NCBI GenBank assembly: GCA_007375725.1 | Contig: VMEV01000006.1 | Span: 6,929 to 70,928 of the forward strand | Source of the DNA: Parcubacteria group bacterium Greene0416_36 | Lineage (GTDB): Bacteria; Patescibacteriota; Patescibacteriia; VMEV01 | DNA length: 64,000 bases | Direction: 5' to 3' | Program-made: the position numbers and the translations under genes | Notes under the pieces: model-generated | Databases searched by the model: none | The model's input: only the letters and a program-made list of their open reading frames with translations | Told to the model about the DNA's origin: nothing | In this document: positions 55,128 through 64,000 of the stretch, one piece after another | How the letters are laid out: each line of letters starts with the position of its first letter | Position numbering within the stretch: position 1 is the stretch's first letter

Positions 55128-56249
55128 ATGGATAATATATTCGAAAAATACGGGCAATCTTGCACTTACGGCAAGAAGAAAGCGGAGGCAGAAGAGATCA
55201 TCAGTAAAATTGATCTAATGACTTTGCCAGCCCTTAAAAATGGACAGACAAAGTTTTTCGCGGCGGAAATCAACCACGAATTAAGTGGAAAGGGGAGGTT
55301 CATCGTTAATTCGACAGAGTATAGCCCCAAAGTAGGTTCGACGAAAATTCTCGGGTCAGATAGACACATTCCAAAAGACATCACGAAAATATTTCCAGAA
55401 CTTTGCAACGAAAAATTTTTCGTGGCAACAGAAGTGTTGAGGCACCATGTAAGCCAACCCACGGAAAGCCTAATCGTAGAATTTCTGGGAGATAATAAAC
55501 TCAGAGAGTGGAAAGTGACTGCAGTAGTTGATCTCTCTACAAGAGAGATTATCGACCTATTTGAATTCCTAGAGTCGAACTTAGCCTGGAGACATTCTTT
55601 GTCTGAACCTGAATTCTGCGTGGAGGGAGTCCGATTTGGTGGCAGAGGATCTCATTTTAAAGATGATGCTTTAAATGAGCTCATCACAAGATCTCTGAAG
55701 CAAAGTGGTTCAGAGTTATCAACTCGTTATCTTGTGAAAAATTTCGACAAAGAAAATTGCCTCTATGTTGAGTGGCTTAAAAAATGGGGGCTTCTGCCGA
55801 ATGGGGAAAAGAATTTTCGAAAAATTACGGGATTAAAGGGGTTAAAAGAAAACTTTAACTCCACTAAAGCCGGAAAATTTTTCAACGAACCCATCACCGG
55901 ACTTCCAGATCAATGGAATTGGTTGTCCGCAATTCCAAAAGAACGTAGAACGATCATTGTTCAGGACGGACAAGCCACATTACCCACTGGTGAAACATTT
56001 CTAGTAAAAAACGTTCGTGGTCCAGACGGCAGTTCAAGGGGATATATTCACACCAGAGAAGATGGGAGTGTGGATGTCTTCCTACGACGAGGAAGTCGTG
56101 AACTGGGTTTTTGCGGATGGTTATGGGCGCAAAAAAAAGTGGGAGAGATCATTGCCGCAATCGATCCCTTGGATAACTATGAAGGACTGAGTCAAGGCAA
56201 TGCTCCCATTGCTGGAAGAATCAACGAGTGCATTGATTTTTCCTTCTAA
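55128..56249 (+). CDS. Hypothetical protein (373 aa), no recognisable domain
   Basis: Soluble, low-GC. Strong RBS-like AGGAG upstream. Terminator hairpin downstream. Confidence 0.4.
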   Translation: MDNIFEKYGQSCTYGKKKAEAEEIISKIDLMTLPALKNGQTKFFAAEINHELSGKGRFIVNSTEYSPKVGSTKILGSDRHIPKDITKIFPELCNEKFFVATEVLRHHVSQPTESLIVEFLGDNKLREWKVTAVVDLSTREIIDLFEFLESNLAWRHSLSEPEFCVEGVRFGGRGSHFKDDALNELITRSLKQSGSELSTRYLVKNFDKENCLYVEWLKKWGLLPNGEKNFRKITGLKGLKENFNSTKAGKFFNEPITGLPDQWNWLSAIPKERRTIIVQDGQATLPTGETFLVKNVRGPDGSSRGYIHTREDGSVDVFLRRGSRELGFCGWLWAQKKVGEIIAAIDPLDNYEGLSQGNAPIAGRINECIDFSF

Positions 56250-56273
56250 GTTTTTTTTCGGTCAACTTGCACT

Positions 56274-56306
56274 AAAAAAGGTGAAGTAATAAACTTCACC
56301 TTTTTC
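56274..56306. terminator. Bidirectional terminator hairpin
   Basis: aaaaaaggtgaagtaataaacttcacctttttc. Confidence 0.65.
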
Positions 56307-56337
56307 ATTTTGTCCAAAAAAAGAGATTTTTTGTATT

Positions 56338-56970
56338 CTACACATCCATCGCCGACTTCACATTCGCATTTGTATTATCATCGAGCTGTTCGATGCGTTT
56401 CTCTCGGGCTTGGAGTATCAAATTTTCGAGGTATTGAGGTGATTTGACGCCTTCGATATCAAGCACCAAGGTCGGACCAGCCGTGCGCAGCTGAATTGTC
56501 GCATAATCAAATAGAGTTTCCATCACTCCATATTTGCGGTAGGTAATATCCTGCACGCGCTCAAGATTGGCTTCCGACATAATAATATGGAAAAATCCCT
56601 GCTGATCTTGGTCAATGATGCGCAGATTAGTCACGAAAAAAAGGGTGTGTGACCAGATATAGAGGAACCGGATAATGGCTATAAACAAAATCAGATAAAA
56701 TACAGCGAGTCCGGCCACCCCCCAAAAGGCCCATCCCCACTGAGATAAAAAGCCAATCAGAAAAGGGGAAAGGGCACCGGGCAAAACAAGAAACAAAAAT
56801 AAAAAACACAGCGGGCCAAATTGGCTCATCCAATACCAGCGATGCGCTGCGAGTACTACCTCGCCTTTCTGAAGAGGGACATTTTTGGGTTTAAGCATAA
56901 AAAATAAGTCACCAACCTTCGCCCCGCAAAAAGGCAGGGCTACGGCCTGGCAAAGAAAGTTAGAAATCAA
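56338..56970 (-). CDS. Bacterial PH-domain (bPH_2/DUF304, YdbS/YdbT-like) membrane protein
   Basis: Two TM helices followed by ...LFFVTNLRIIDQDQQGFF.....DITYRKYGVMETLFDYATIQLRTAG. True start possibly at 56898. Confidence 0.55.
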   Translation of the reverse strand: MISNFLCQAVALPFCGAKVGDLFFMLKPKNVPLQKGEVVLAAHRWYWMSQFGPLCFLFLFLVLPGALSPFLIGFLSQWGWAFWGVAGLAVFYLILFIAIIRFLYIWSHTLFFVTNLRIIDQDQQGFFHIIMSEANLERVQDITYRKYGVMETLFDYATIQLRTAGPTLVLDIEGVKSPQYLENLILQAREKRIEQLDDNTNANVKSAMDV

Positions 56971-57346
56971 AAGTCAAATTTATCCTAAACCAAAAAACTG
57001 AATTTGACAAACAATTTTATGTATGGTTAGATTTTGCGGTAGCGACATAATTTGTTGTTTGTTTGAATATAATAAACAAAAAAGGGGATGCTCAACCGAG
57101 ACACCCCTTTTTTGTTTATATTGGGTCTTAAAATGTATCTTTTACGACACATTAACCAAAACAACTTGATTTTCCAAAATAAACTGATAAGATCAACTCA
57201 TCATTCGCTTTTATCTTTAGCAAAAGATTAACCGATCAACCGATCGGTTTTTATTATTTTTATAGTAATATTGGTAATTTTCATGGCCTTAACATAAAAT
57301 TATTACGAATTCTTTAGAGTAGCTTAGGAAATTTTTTTTTATTTTT

Positions 57347-58516
57347 ATGAGGAGGCATTATCACACCTACGGCTTTTACGGGATATTCTTTTTAGCGTCT
57401 CTTTTGTCATTTGGGTCCATCCATAGCCAAACCCAATCCCTCGACCGAGACCTCTCCTCTATCCACCTGTCTCATTTATATAACAATGTTTTACGACACA
57501 ATAGAATCGTCGATGTAAAAACTGAGTATGTAAATAGGGAGAATTTTATAAAAGGACTGTACCTCACTGCGCAGACGGCGGGATCGAAGCGCCTTGCCGA
57601 CTTCATTGAACTTGCCAATAAAACCGAGATCAATGCCTTTGTGATCGATGGCAAGAATCCGAATGGCAGTCTGCCATTTATCCCGGAAGATGAATCTCTC
57701 AAGGATTATAGTGAAAAGAATAAAATGCCACTCAAAAATCTGAATGAAATTTTGAAAGACCTCAAGAAAAATAATATTTATAGCATAGCCAGAATCATCA
57801 TTTTTTTGGATCCTTTTTATGCGTCTAAGCATCCGGATCTGATTTTTTATAATAAAAATAAGCAGCCTTGGAAAGATTTTAACGGCAATAAGTGGCTCAA
57901 TCCAGTCAATCAGCAGATGTGGGACTATAACGTACGTGTCGCAAAAGAATTACACGAGAGAGGGTTCGACGAGATTCAATTCGACTATATCCGATTCCCT
58001 TCCGATGGCGTGATTCGGGATCTTACGTGGACGCACAAAGGAACCAAGGAAGAAACCATGCGAGATTTTTTCAAATACTTGCATGCAGAATTGCGCGAGA
58101 AAGAAAATATAAAAATTTCCGCAGATTTATTCGGTCTGACCTTCAATATGACCGAATTCGACCTCAATATCGGCCAGCGCCTCGAATACGCCGCCCCTTA
58201 TTTCGACGCGATCTCGCCCATGGTCTACCCGTCGCACTACCCCACCGGCTACATGGGTTTCAAAAATCCGGCCAATTATCCTTATGAAGTCATTTATCAG
58301 GCCATGGAAAAAGGAAAACCCATTTATAAAAAATTAGGACTCCCATTCACCGCCCGCCCATGGATACAGGCCTTTGATATGGGCGCCCTCTACAATCGAG
58401 AGCGAACCCGGCTTCAAATGCAGGCTATCGAGGATGCCGAAGGCGCGGGATGGATCCTATGGAATGCGCGGAATGAGTATAAAAGTGAGATATTAGATGA
58501 GGAAATACAAAAATAA
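57347..58516 (+). CDS. Putative glycoside-hydrolase-like TIM-barrel protein (DUF4015-like)
   Basis: Signal/TM N-terminus. NKWLNPVNQQMWDYNVRVAKELHERGFDEIQFDYIRFPSDG resembles DUF4015 proteins. Confidence 0.45.
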   Translation: MRRHYHTYGFYGIFFLASLLSFGSIHSQTQSLDRDLSSIHLSHLYNNVLRHNRIVDVKTEYVNRENFIKGLYLTAQTAGSKRLADFIELANKTEINAFVIDGKNPNGSLPFIPEDESLKDYSEKNKMPLKNLNEILKDLKKNNIYSIARIIIFLDPFYASKHPDLIFYNKNKQPWKDFNGNKWLNPVNQQMWDYNVRVAKELHERGFDEIQFDYIRFPSDGVIRDLTWTHKGTKEETMRDFFKYLHAELREKENIKISADLFGLTFNMTEFDLNIGQRLEYAAPYFDAISPMVYPSHYPTGYMGFKNPANYPYEVIYQAMEKGKPIYKKLGLPFTARPWIQAFDMGALYNRERTRLQMQAIEDAEGAGWILWNARNEYKSEILDEEIQK

Positions 58517-58567
58517 AAATCTCCAACTAGGGTCGGAGGTTTTTAAATGTTATGATGATCAAAATAT

Positions 58568-59758
58568 ATGCCCGCAAAAACAAATGAAAAAACTCCCATC
58601 AAAAAATCTAGCCTACGCCCCATCAAAAATTTCTTTATTCCACATGAGAGCAACAATTTTAAGGCGCACGCCCTGCACCCCAGCCATTTGATGTTCCATG
58701 CTCTGGCCGCATTTTTTTTAAAAATGTTCGTTTTTGTAGCGGTATCTTTTCTCCCTTTTTCCGCCTTGGTCGCTCCCGACTTATTGCTGAGGCAAGAACA
58801 AAAGATTATTGAACTCACCAACAATATAAGGGAGTCTCTCAATATTCCGCCCCTTAAAACAAACCCTCAACTTGCCCGGGCGGCGGCTAATAAGGCCAAG
58901 GACATGTCGGGGCTCGAGTACTTTTCCCATACCAGTCCCGATGGAAAAACCGTAGCCGATTGGATTGTAGCGGAAGGCTATGATTTCGCGGTATCCGGAG
59001 AAAATTTAGCGGTTGGTTTTTCTCTTCCTCAAAATATCATCGCCGGATGGAGAAAAAGCCAAACCCACTACGCGAATCTTATTGACGAAAATTTTAGCGA
59101 AATCGGGGTCGGCATCGCTTTGGGACGTTATAAAGAAAAAGAAACCGTCTATGTGGCGGAGTTTTTTGCCACCCCCAACCAAATTGCCTCCAGCGCTCCG
59201 GTTGCAAAAACGAAACCTGCCGTCACAAAACCCGCTCTCACTAATCTCATAGTGGAGAATAAAACCTCGCTCAAATCCGTACCCACCCGGTCCGGAAACC
59301 TGCTTGAAGCCACCGCGACTCTAAACAAGCCAGCTGAATCAGCTACAATATTCTTTGCGGATTATAAAATACCTTTACAGCCCTCGCCAACGGATTCCAA
59401 CACATGGACCGGGACCCTCGTGACGGATGCGGAAAAAAAACAAGAGTATGATCCCATAGTCCTAGCAGCCGTGGCCGTAAAAGATTCCGATGGAAAGATC
59501 TTGATGCAAGACATACCGGTCGAAAATATCAGTGTAGCCCAGCCTGGATTCATTGATATTTATAATTTCTACAAAAAAAATCCAAGTTTTTTAACCCAAT
59601 TATTTAAATTCAATAATATTTATTATGCCCTAGTTATTTCCATTATTTTTATCGCTCTATTGGGGGGAGTATTTGTAGAAATAAAACACAAACATAAAGA
59701 GGCACTCTTCCCCGCCTTTGGGTTAATGGCTTTTCTACTCATTCTCATTAGATTTTAA
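58568..59758 (+). CDS. CAP/SCP/PR-1-like domain protein with N- and C-terminal TM anchors
   Basis: SHTSPDGKTVADWIVAEGYDFAVSGENLAVGF...WRKSQTHYANLID.NFSEIGVGIALG matches the CAP domain. Confidence 0.6.
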   Translation: MPAKTNEKTPIKKSSLRPIKNFFIPHESNNFKAHALHPSHLMFHALAAFFLKMFVFVAVSFLPFSALVAPDLLLRQEQKIIELTNNIRESLNIPPLKTNPQLARAAANKAKDMSGLEYFSHTSPDGKTVADWIVAEGYDFAVSGENLAVGFSLPQNIIAGWRKSQTHYANLIDENFSEIGVGIALGRYKEKETVYVAEFFATPNQIASSAPVAKTKPAVTKPALTNLIVENKTSLKSVPTRSGNLLEATATLNKPAESATIFFADYKIPLQPSPTDSNTWTGTLVTDAEKKQEYDPIVLAAVAVKDSDGKILMQDIPVENISVAQPGFIDIYNFYKKNPSFLTQLFKFNNIYYALVISIIFIALLGGVFVEIKHKHKEALFPAFGLMAFLLILIRF

Positions 59759-59829
59759 CTTGACCGGAGGCAATAAAAGGACTAAAATTGAAAGATATAA
59801 TCAATTTTAGCTAATAAAGAAATTATTTT

Positions 59830-62800
59830 ATGATTGTAAATCAATCATTTTCAATAAAGCAGAGTATCGTCCTCCCTGCTTTATTTTTATTTGCGACTTT
59901 ATTGCCCCAGACTGTACTTGGAGCAGTTCCAAGTACACTGACCGCTACCAATGTAGAACCCGCTAGCTTGCTCGTTGGTTCTACCAATACCGTAACTGTT
60001 AATTTCACAACAGTTGGAGGCATCAACAAAAAAGATGCTATCAAAATTACATTCGGAGCTGGATTTAATATAGCCGCAGCTTCCGGAGGTGCTTGTGCTA
60101 CCTTCGATGACGCTGGCACGGTTGTGACATCCGTCGCTGGCCAAGTTGTCACCCTTACAAGACAGAACGATGGGTCCATTCAGACCGCGGCCGCCGAAAC
60201 TTGTACCATTAACAATATCGTGAACCCGGTGACTATCGGTTCTACAGGAACCTACTCTATTCAAATCGTCAATCCCAGCAATAATGTCGTGCAAGAAGAA
60301 GATCTTGCTGTCACGGCCGATACCATAGTAGCCGACACCGTAGCTCCAACCATCACAATCACGGCTCCCACGAAAACATCCGGCGCGGTGGTCACAGACA
60401 CGACGATTTTAGTGACTGATAATGCGGCGGTCACGGCAGCCAATGTGATTATCGATCCCTCATCGACCGCTACGGCAACCCTCTCGTGCATCCAAACTGA
60501 TTCAAAAACAGTAAACTGCACAACCACAATTTCTTCTTCCGGTGATCTGGTCATCAAAGCGACTGATAGTTCCACAAATATATCCACATCTACGTCGGCT
60601 GGATACACCATCACGCTTCCGGACACAACCGTTCCAATTGTAACTATCACCGCCCCTACAAAAATCTCAACTGCAGCTATTACCGATACGACCATTTTAA
60701 TTACTGATAATAAAGCTATCACTGCGACCAATATCTTAGTGGACGGGACTTCGACTGCTACAGCCACCCTCAACTGCACCCAGACGAATGCTACTACGGT
60801 TAACTGTACAACTAACATTTCCACTTCTGGAAATTTGGTTATCAAAGCCACAGACGATGCTGCAAATATTACAACTGCCACGGAAACCGGTTATTCCATC
60901 AATCTTCCTGATACAACTGCTCCAACAATCGCGATTACAGCTCCTACAAAAAATGATGTCGCTATTATTACTAATACAACTATTGCCGTTACTGACAACA
61001 AAGCTATCACAGCTGCGAATGTTGTAGTAGATGGAACCTCAACGGCTACAGCAACCATCACCTGCACTCAAACGAATGCAACTACGGTAAACTGCACCTC
61101 TACGGTCTTCACCTCAGGGAATTTAGTTATCAAAGCAACCGATGATGCAGCCAATGTAACCACCAAAACCGAGGCGGGTTATGTTATCACCATTCCAGTT
61201 GTCGACACCACTGCCCCCACAGTTGCGATCACCGCACCTACGAAGACATCGGCCGCGACTATTACCGATACAACCATTGCAGTTACCGATAATACAGCCA
61301 TCACGGCTACCAGCGTCGTCGTGGATCCCACTTCGACAGCTACAGCTACCCTCAACTGCGTCCAAACCAATGCGACAACAGTGAATTGCACCAGCAGTAT
61401 CTCTACTTCGGGCAATTTAGTGATCAAAGCAGTAGATAATGCAGCGAACGCTACAACAACTGCTGAAAACAATTATACGATCAATTTACCCGATACAACG
61501 GCCCCAGTCGCGACTATTACAGCCCCAACAAAAATAGCGGCAGCCGCGATAACCGATACCACTATTTCTATTACAGACAATAAAGGAATTACAGCCATCA
61601 ATATAACAGTTGATGTTTCCTCTACAGCTACAGCCGTTCTCAACTGTGTACAAACCAATGCCACTAAGGTTGACTGTACTACTAATATTTCTACTTCTGG
61701 AGACTTGATCATCAAATCCGCGGATGATGCTGGCAACTCCAACCTGACAACTGAAGCAGGCTATACGGTCAATCTGCCTGATACTACGGCTCCAGTTATA
61801 GTATTCAATGCCCCAACCAAGGCTTCGACTTCCAACATTACCAATACCACCATCACTATTACAGATAATAAAGCAATTACAGCAGCTAATGTCATTATTG
61901 ACCCATCCTCCACGGCCACAGCCACGATCGCCTGTACTCAAACCAATGCCACTACAGTGGACTGCACCAGCAATATCACCACCTCCGGCAATTTGACGAT
62001 CAAGGCTACGGATAACGCAGTTAATGTCAGCACGGTGAGTGAAAATGGTTATTCAATTACTCCTCCACCCATTCAGATACAAAACCAGACCTTTGGGGGT
62101 TCCCAGATTTGCCGAACTGGTGAAGGAAGCATTATAATTAATGGAAATGCTATCAGTTCCTCTTCTCGGGAAGTCATGATCTCAGTTATATTGAGTGCTA
62201 ATAATACGCCAGTTGAACTGATCGCGAGCGAATCCGCCACATTTGAAGGAGCCAATTATCGGCCTTATTCCGGACAATTCTCCTTCATCCTCAGCCCGGC
62301 CTCAGGAGAGAAAAAAGTCTATGCCATTGTCCGAACCACCTGCTTTGAAACCCCGGTTCTGTTCGATACGATCAACTTAGAAGCAGGCGCGACTGAAACG
62401 ATCTTGCCCCCCACCCCGCCAACCGAAAATACAAATATCCCCCCCGCTCCAACGGAAAACAATACCAATGTCACTCCAACCCCTACTCCCACTCCCACTG
62501 AAAATAATGCCAATCTGAATCCTAATTCCAATGCAGGATCCAATGGATCTGGAACGGAATCTGGAACAGGTGCAGGCGCTGGAATCGACAATATCCCCGG
62601 ATCAGGTACTTTGCCGGAAAATAGCGTGGTAGATAATACCCAAGCCGACGGCGAAATCTTAGGTATCAAGCTCTACGCCCCCGGACAATTGATTCGAGCG
62701 CTCGTGGACAGAAAAGTCTATATTATCAATAAGAATGGAACCAAACACCATATCTTGAATCTCAAAGAACTCGCAAAATCTTATCGGGGCAAAACAATAT

Positions 62801-62847
62801 TTAATACAACGATTGCGATGATAAAATTGTATGCCAATGAAAAATAA
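59830..62847 (+). CDS. Large surface protein with at least 7 tandem ~98-aa Ig-like repeats, Thr/Pro-rich linker and conserved C-terminal domain
   Basis: Signal peptide. Repeats (TAPT..ITAPTK.S.A.ITDTTI.VTDN.AITA.NV.VD.TSTATATL.C.QTNATTVNCT..IS.SGNLVIKATD) span about 60340-62100. PT-rich segment 62400-62520. Confidence 0.65.
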   Translation: MIVNQSFSIKQSIVLPALFLFATLLPQTVLGAVPSTLTATNVEPASLLVGSTNTVTVNFTTVGGINKKDAIKITFGAGFNIAAASGGACATFDDAGTVVTSVAGQVVTLTRQNDGSIQTAAAETCTINNIVNPVTIGSTGTYSIQIVNPSNNVVQEEDLAVTADTIVADTVAPTITITAPTKTSGAVVTDTTILVTDNAAVTAANVIIDPSSTATATLSCIQTDSKTVNCTTTISSSGDLVIKATDSSTNISTSTSAGYTITLPDTTVPIVTITAPTKISTAAITDTTILITDNKAITATNILVDGTSTATATLNCTQTNATTVNCTTNISTSGNLVIKATDDAANITTATETGYSINLPDTTAPTIAITAPTKNDVAIITNTTIAVTDNKAITAANVVVDGTSTATATITCTQTNATTVNCTSTVFTSGNLVIKATDDAANVTTKTEAGYVITIPVVDTTAPTVAITAPTKTSAATITDTTIAVTDNTAITATSVVVDPTSTATATLNCVQTNATTVNCTSSISTSGNLVIKAVDNAANATTTAENNYTINLPDTTAPVATITAPTKIAAAAITDTTISITDNKGITAINITVDVSSTATAVLNCVQTNATKVDCTTNISTSGDLIIKSADDAGNSNLTTEAGYTVNLPDTTAPVIVFNAPTKASTSNITNTTITITDNKAITAANVIIDPSSTATATIACTQTNATTVDCTSNITTSGNLTIKATDNAVNVSTVSENGYSITPPPIQIQNQTFGGSQICRTGEGSIIINGNAISSSSREVMISVILSANNTPVELIASESATFEGANYRPYSGQFSFILSPASGEKKVYAIVRTTCFETPVLFDTINLEAGATETILPPTPPTENTNIPPAPTENNTNVTPTPTPTPTENNANLNPNSNAGSNGSGTESGTGAGAGIDNIPGSGTLPENSVVDNTQADGEILGIKLYAPGQLIRALVDRKVYIINKNGTKHHILNLKELAKSYRGKTIFNTTIAMIKLYANEK

Positions 62848-62876
62848 ATCATCCCGATGATGATTTGATAAGAAGA

Positions 62877-62909
62877 AAACGGTCCGAAGCAATATCGGAC
62901 CGTTTTTTG
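62877..62909. terminator. Rho-independent terminator hairpin
   Basis: aaaacggtccgaagcaatatcggaccgtttttt. Confidence 0.7.
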
Positions 62910-63187
62910 TTCCGAATATAAAAACCCCTCGATGTTAAATCGGGGGTCAATCTTTGTTACGGGGGTGTTCGCCCCTTAAAATTAAAATCATTTCATGGCT
63001 AGACAGCCCTCTATAAAAACACACCTGAATCAAAAAATCAATAGACGAATACACTCGCTCGCATTTTTTTACTTCATATTAGCGATTTTTTAAAATTACT
63101 ATTGACTTTTTAATGCAAACAGAGTATAAAAAAATCAGTTTTCGATACTTTGACAATTTTTTACACCTTTTAAAAAAGGAATTTTCA

Positions 63188-64000
63188 ATGAAAATTCATA
63201 TCGCACTACAAAATCCGCTTCAAACAGCACTTGTTCAAGTGCTGAATCTAATTGATGGTCAAGAATTTGTCGATTTTCTATCAGCAAAACTCGTGATAGT
63301 AGAAGATAAATCGGCGCTGATTAAACTTCACTCACTGGATAAATATTTCATTGTATTTTCAGTGAAAAATCCAGGGGTATTACCCGCAAATGCAGAGTGG
63401 ATCAATCTATTGGGAGGTATAGTAACTCGACTAATGCCTTTAATTGCCGATCCAAAAGAAATCGAAAATCGAATTGCGAAGGCGACTAGTCATGTAGGGG
63501 TGCCAAGCACAAGAGACCCTATAGAGTCCGTGACCAAAGTTCGAGGTTTTGGTCCAGAAGTGAATATACTAGTCGTGGACGATCGAGAAAAAAATCGAGA
63601 AAGGGCAAAAACGGAGTTGGCTAGTCAGTATAATCTGACTATCGCCTCTACTTATATTGAGGCTATGGAGGTGCTAAACTGGGACGAACACTATGAATAT
63701 GTGTTGAGCGACCTGTATCTACCTCCGAACGACAAGAATAAAACCCTCTCACCTGAAGCTATAGAGATCGGCGCACAAATCCCGTATGGATTCCTCATTG
63801 CCCTCGAAGCGGCACGTAAAGGCAGTCACGTAGCAATCGTGACAGACGCCAACCATCATCAAGACTGCTTGTCTGCCGAACTAGACTCGCTCCGAAAAGG
63901 CTATTTGGTGAACGGTAAAAAGCTCATGCTCATCAATTATTGCGGAAAAAATTGGGCAGAAGCTTTGCAAATACTGAAGGGAGAACAAAAAGAACCAAAC
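63188..64000 (+). CDS. Hypothetical protein with CheY-like receiver domain (3' end outside window)
   Basis: Frame open from ATG 63188 to the window end. NILVVDDREKNRERAK...YVLSDLYLP resembles a response-regulator receiver (acidic pocket plus phospho-acceptor Asp). Confidence 0.4.
   Translation, partial: MKIHIALQNPLQTALVQVLNLIDGQEFVDFLSAKLVIVEDKSALIKLHSLDKYFIVFSVKNPGVLPANAEWINLLGGIVTRLMPLIADPKEIENRIAKATSHVGVPSTRDPIESVTKVRGFGPEVNILVVDDREKNRERAKTELASQYNLTIASTYIEAMEVLNWDEHYEYVLSDLYLPPNDKNKTLSPEAIEIGAQIPYGFLIALEAARKGSHVAIVTDANHHQDCLSAELDSLRKGYLVNGKKLMLINYCGKNWAEALQILKGEQKEPN

Noticed and set aside
60261-61941. Multiple minus-strand and alternative-frame ORFs inside the repeat-protein gene (206 aa, 151 aa, 97 aa and others).
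   Set aside because: They are artefacts of the Thr/Ala-rich repetitive codons on the opposite strand and carry no independent signals.
1-64000. CRISPR array.
   Set aside because: The window has many palindromic repeats, but none form regularly spaced direct repeats with unique spacers. No cas genes are present.
1-64000. Transposase or integrase associated with the repeat families or the tRNA-adjacent islet.
   Set aside because: No ORF shows DDE, serine- or tyrosine-recombinase motifs. The repeat elements appear to be non-autonomous.

Overview
This 64-kb window has moderate GC (about 45%) and is gene-dense. It looks like a chromosomal segment of a small-genome bacterium, most likely from the Candidate Phyla Radiation (Patescibacteria/Parcubacteria). 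Supporting signs are a split transketolase, an AlaRS lacking the C-Ala domain, ATGA-coupled genes and many glycosyltransferases.

I call about 60 CDS and one tRNA-Arg(CCG). I see no rRNA, no CRISPR array, and no integrase or transposase.

Housekeeping genes present: gpmI (5' partial), murE, truB, typA/bipA, tktA/B halves, gltX, eno, pyrG, rpmA, rlmN, rplJ, rplL, mutY, alaS, ndh, ctpA.

Cell-envelope and glycan genes present: a UXS-like dehydratase, two GT2, three GT4 (one split), a WecB/TagA–NUDIX fusion, a WbaP-like initiating transferase, an ArnT/PMT-like GT-C, an RmlD-like reductase, an S8 protease, an M23 peptidase, a PEGA protein, a CAP-domain protein and a ~1000-aa surface protein with ~98-aa tandem repeats.

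The accessory or unusual content, in order of interest:
1. Two families of short GC-rich perfect palindromes are inserted IN-FRAME inside protein-coding genes. Five copies sit in one 690-aa polytopic membrane protein and one sits in mutY.
2. An 80-bp compound-hairpin REP/MITE-like element occurs at least 9 times, often overlapping gene 3' ends. There are at least three further intergenic palindrome families.
3. A tRNA-Arg-adjacent islet carries a LexA-like S24 repressor translationally coupled to a PemK/MazF toxin, followed by a RhuM–Doc(Fic) fusion.
4. An ATP-cone–Mrr-type (PD-(D/E)xK) nuclease fusion has heptamer direct repeats in its 5' leader.
5. An inverted duplication of a small gene converges on a perfect palindrome.
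6. A DinJ/RelE-type TA pair is present, and several low-GC orphan genes, including a solitary minimal nucleotidyltransferase.

All calls are from reading the sequence and the ORF translations. No database searches were run.
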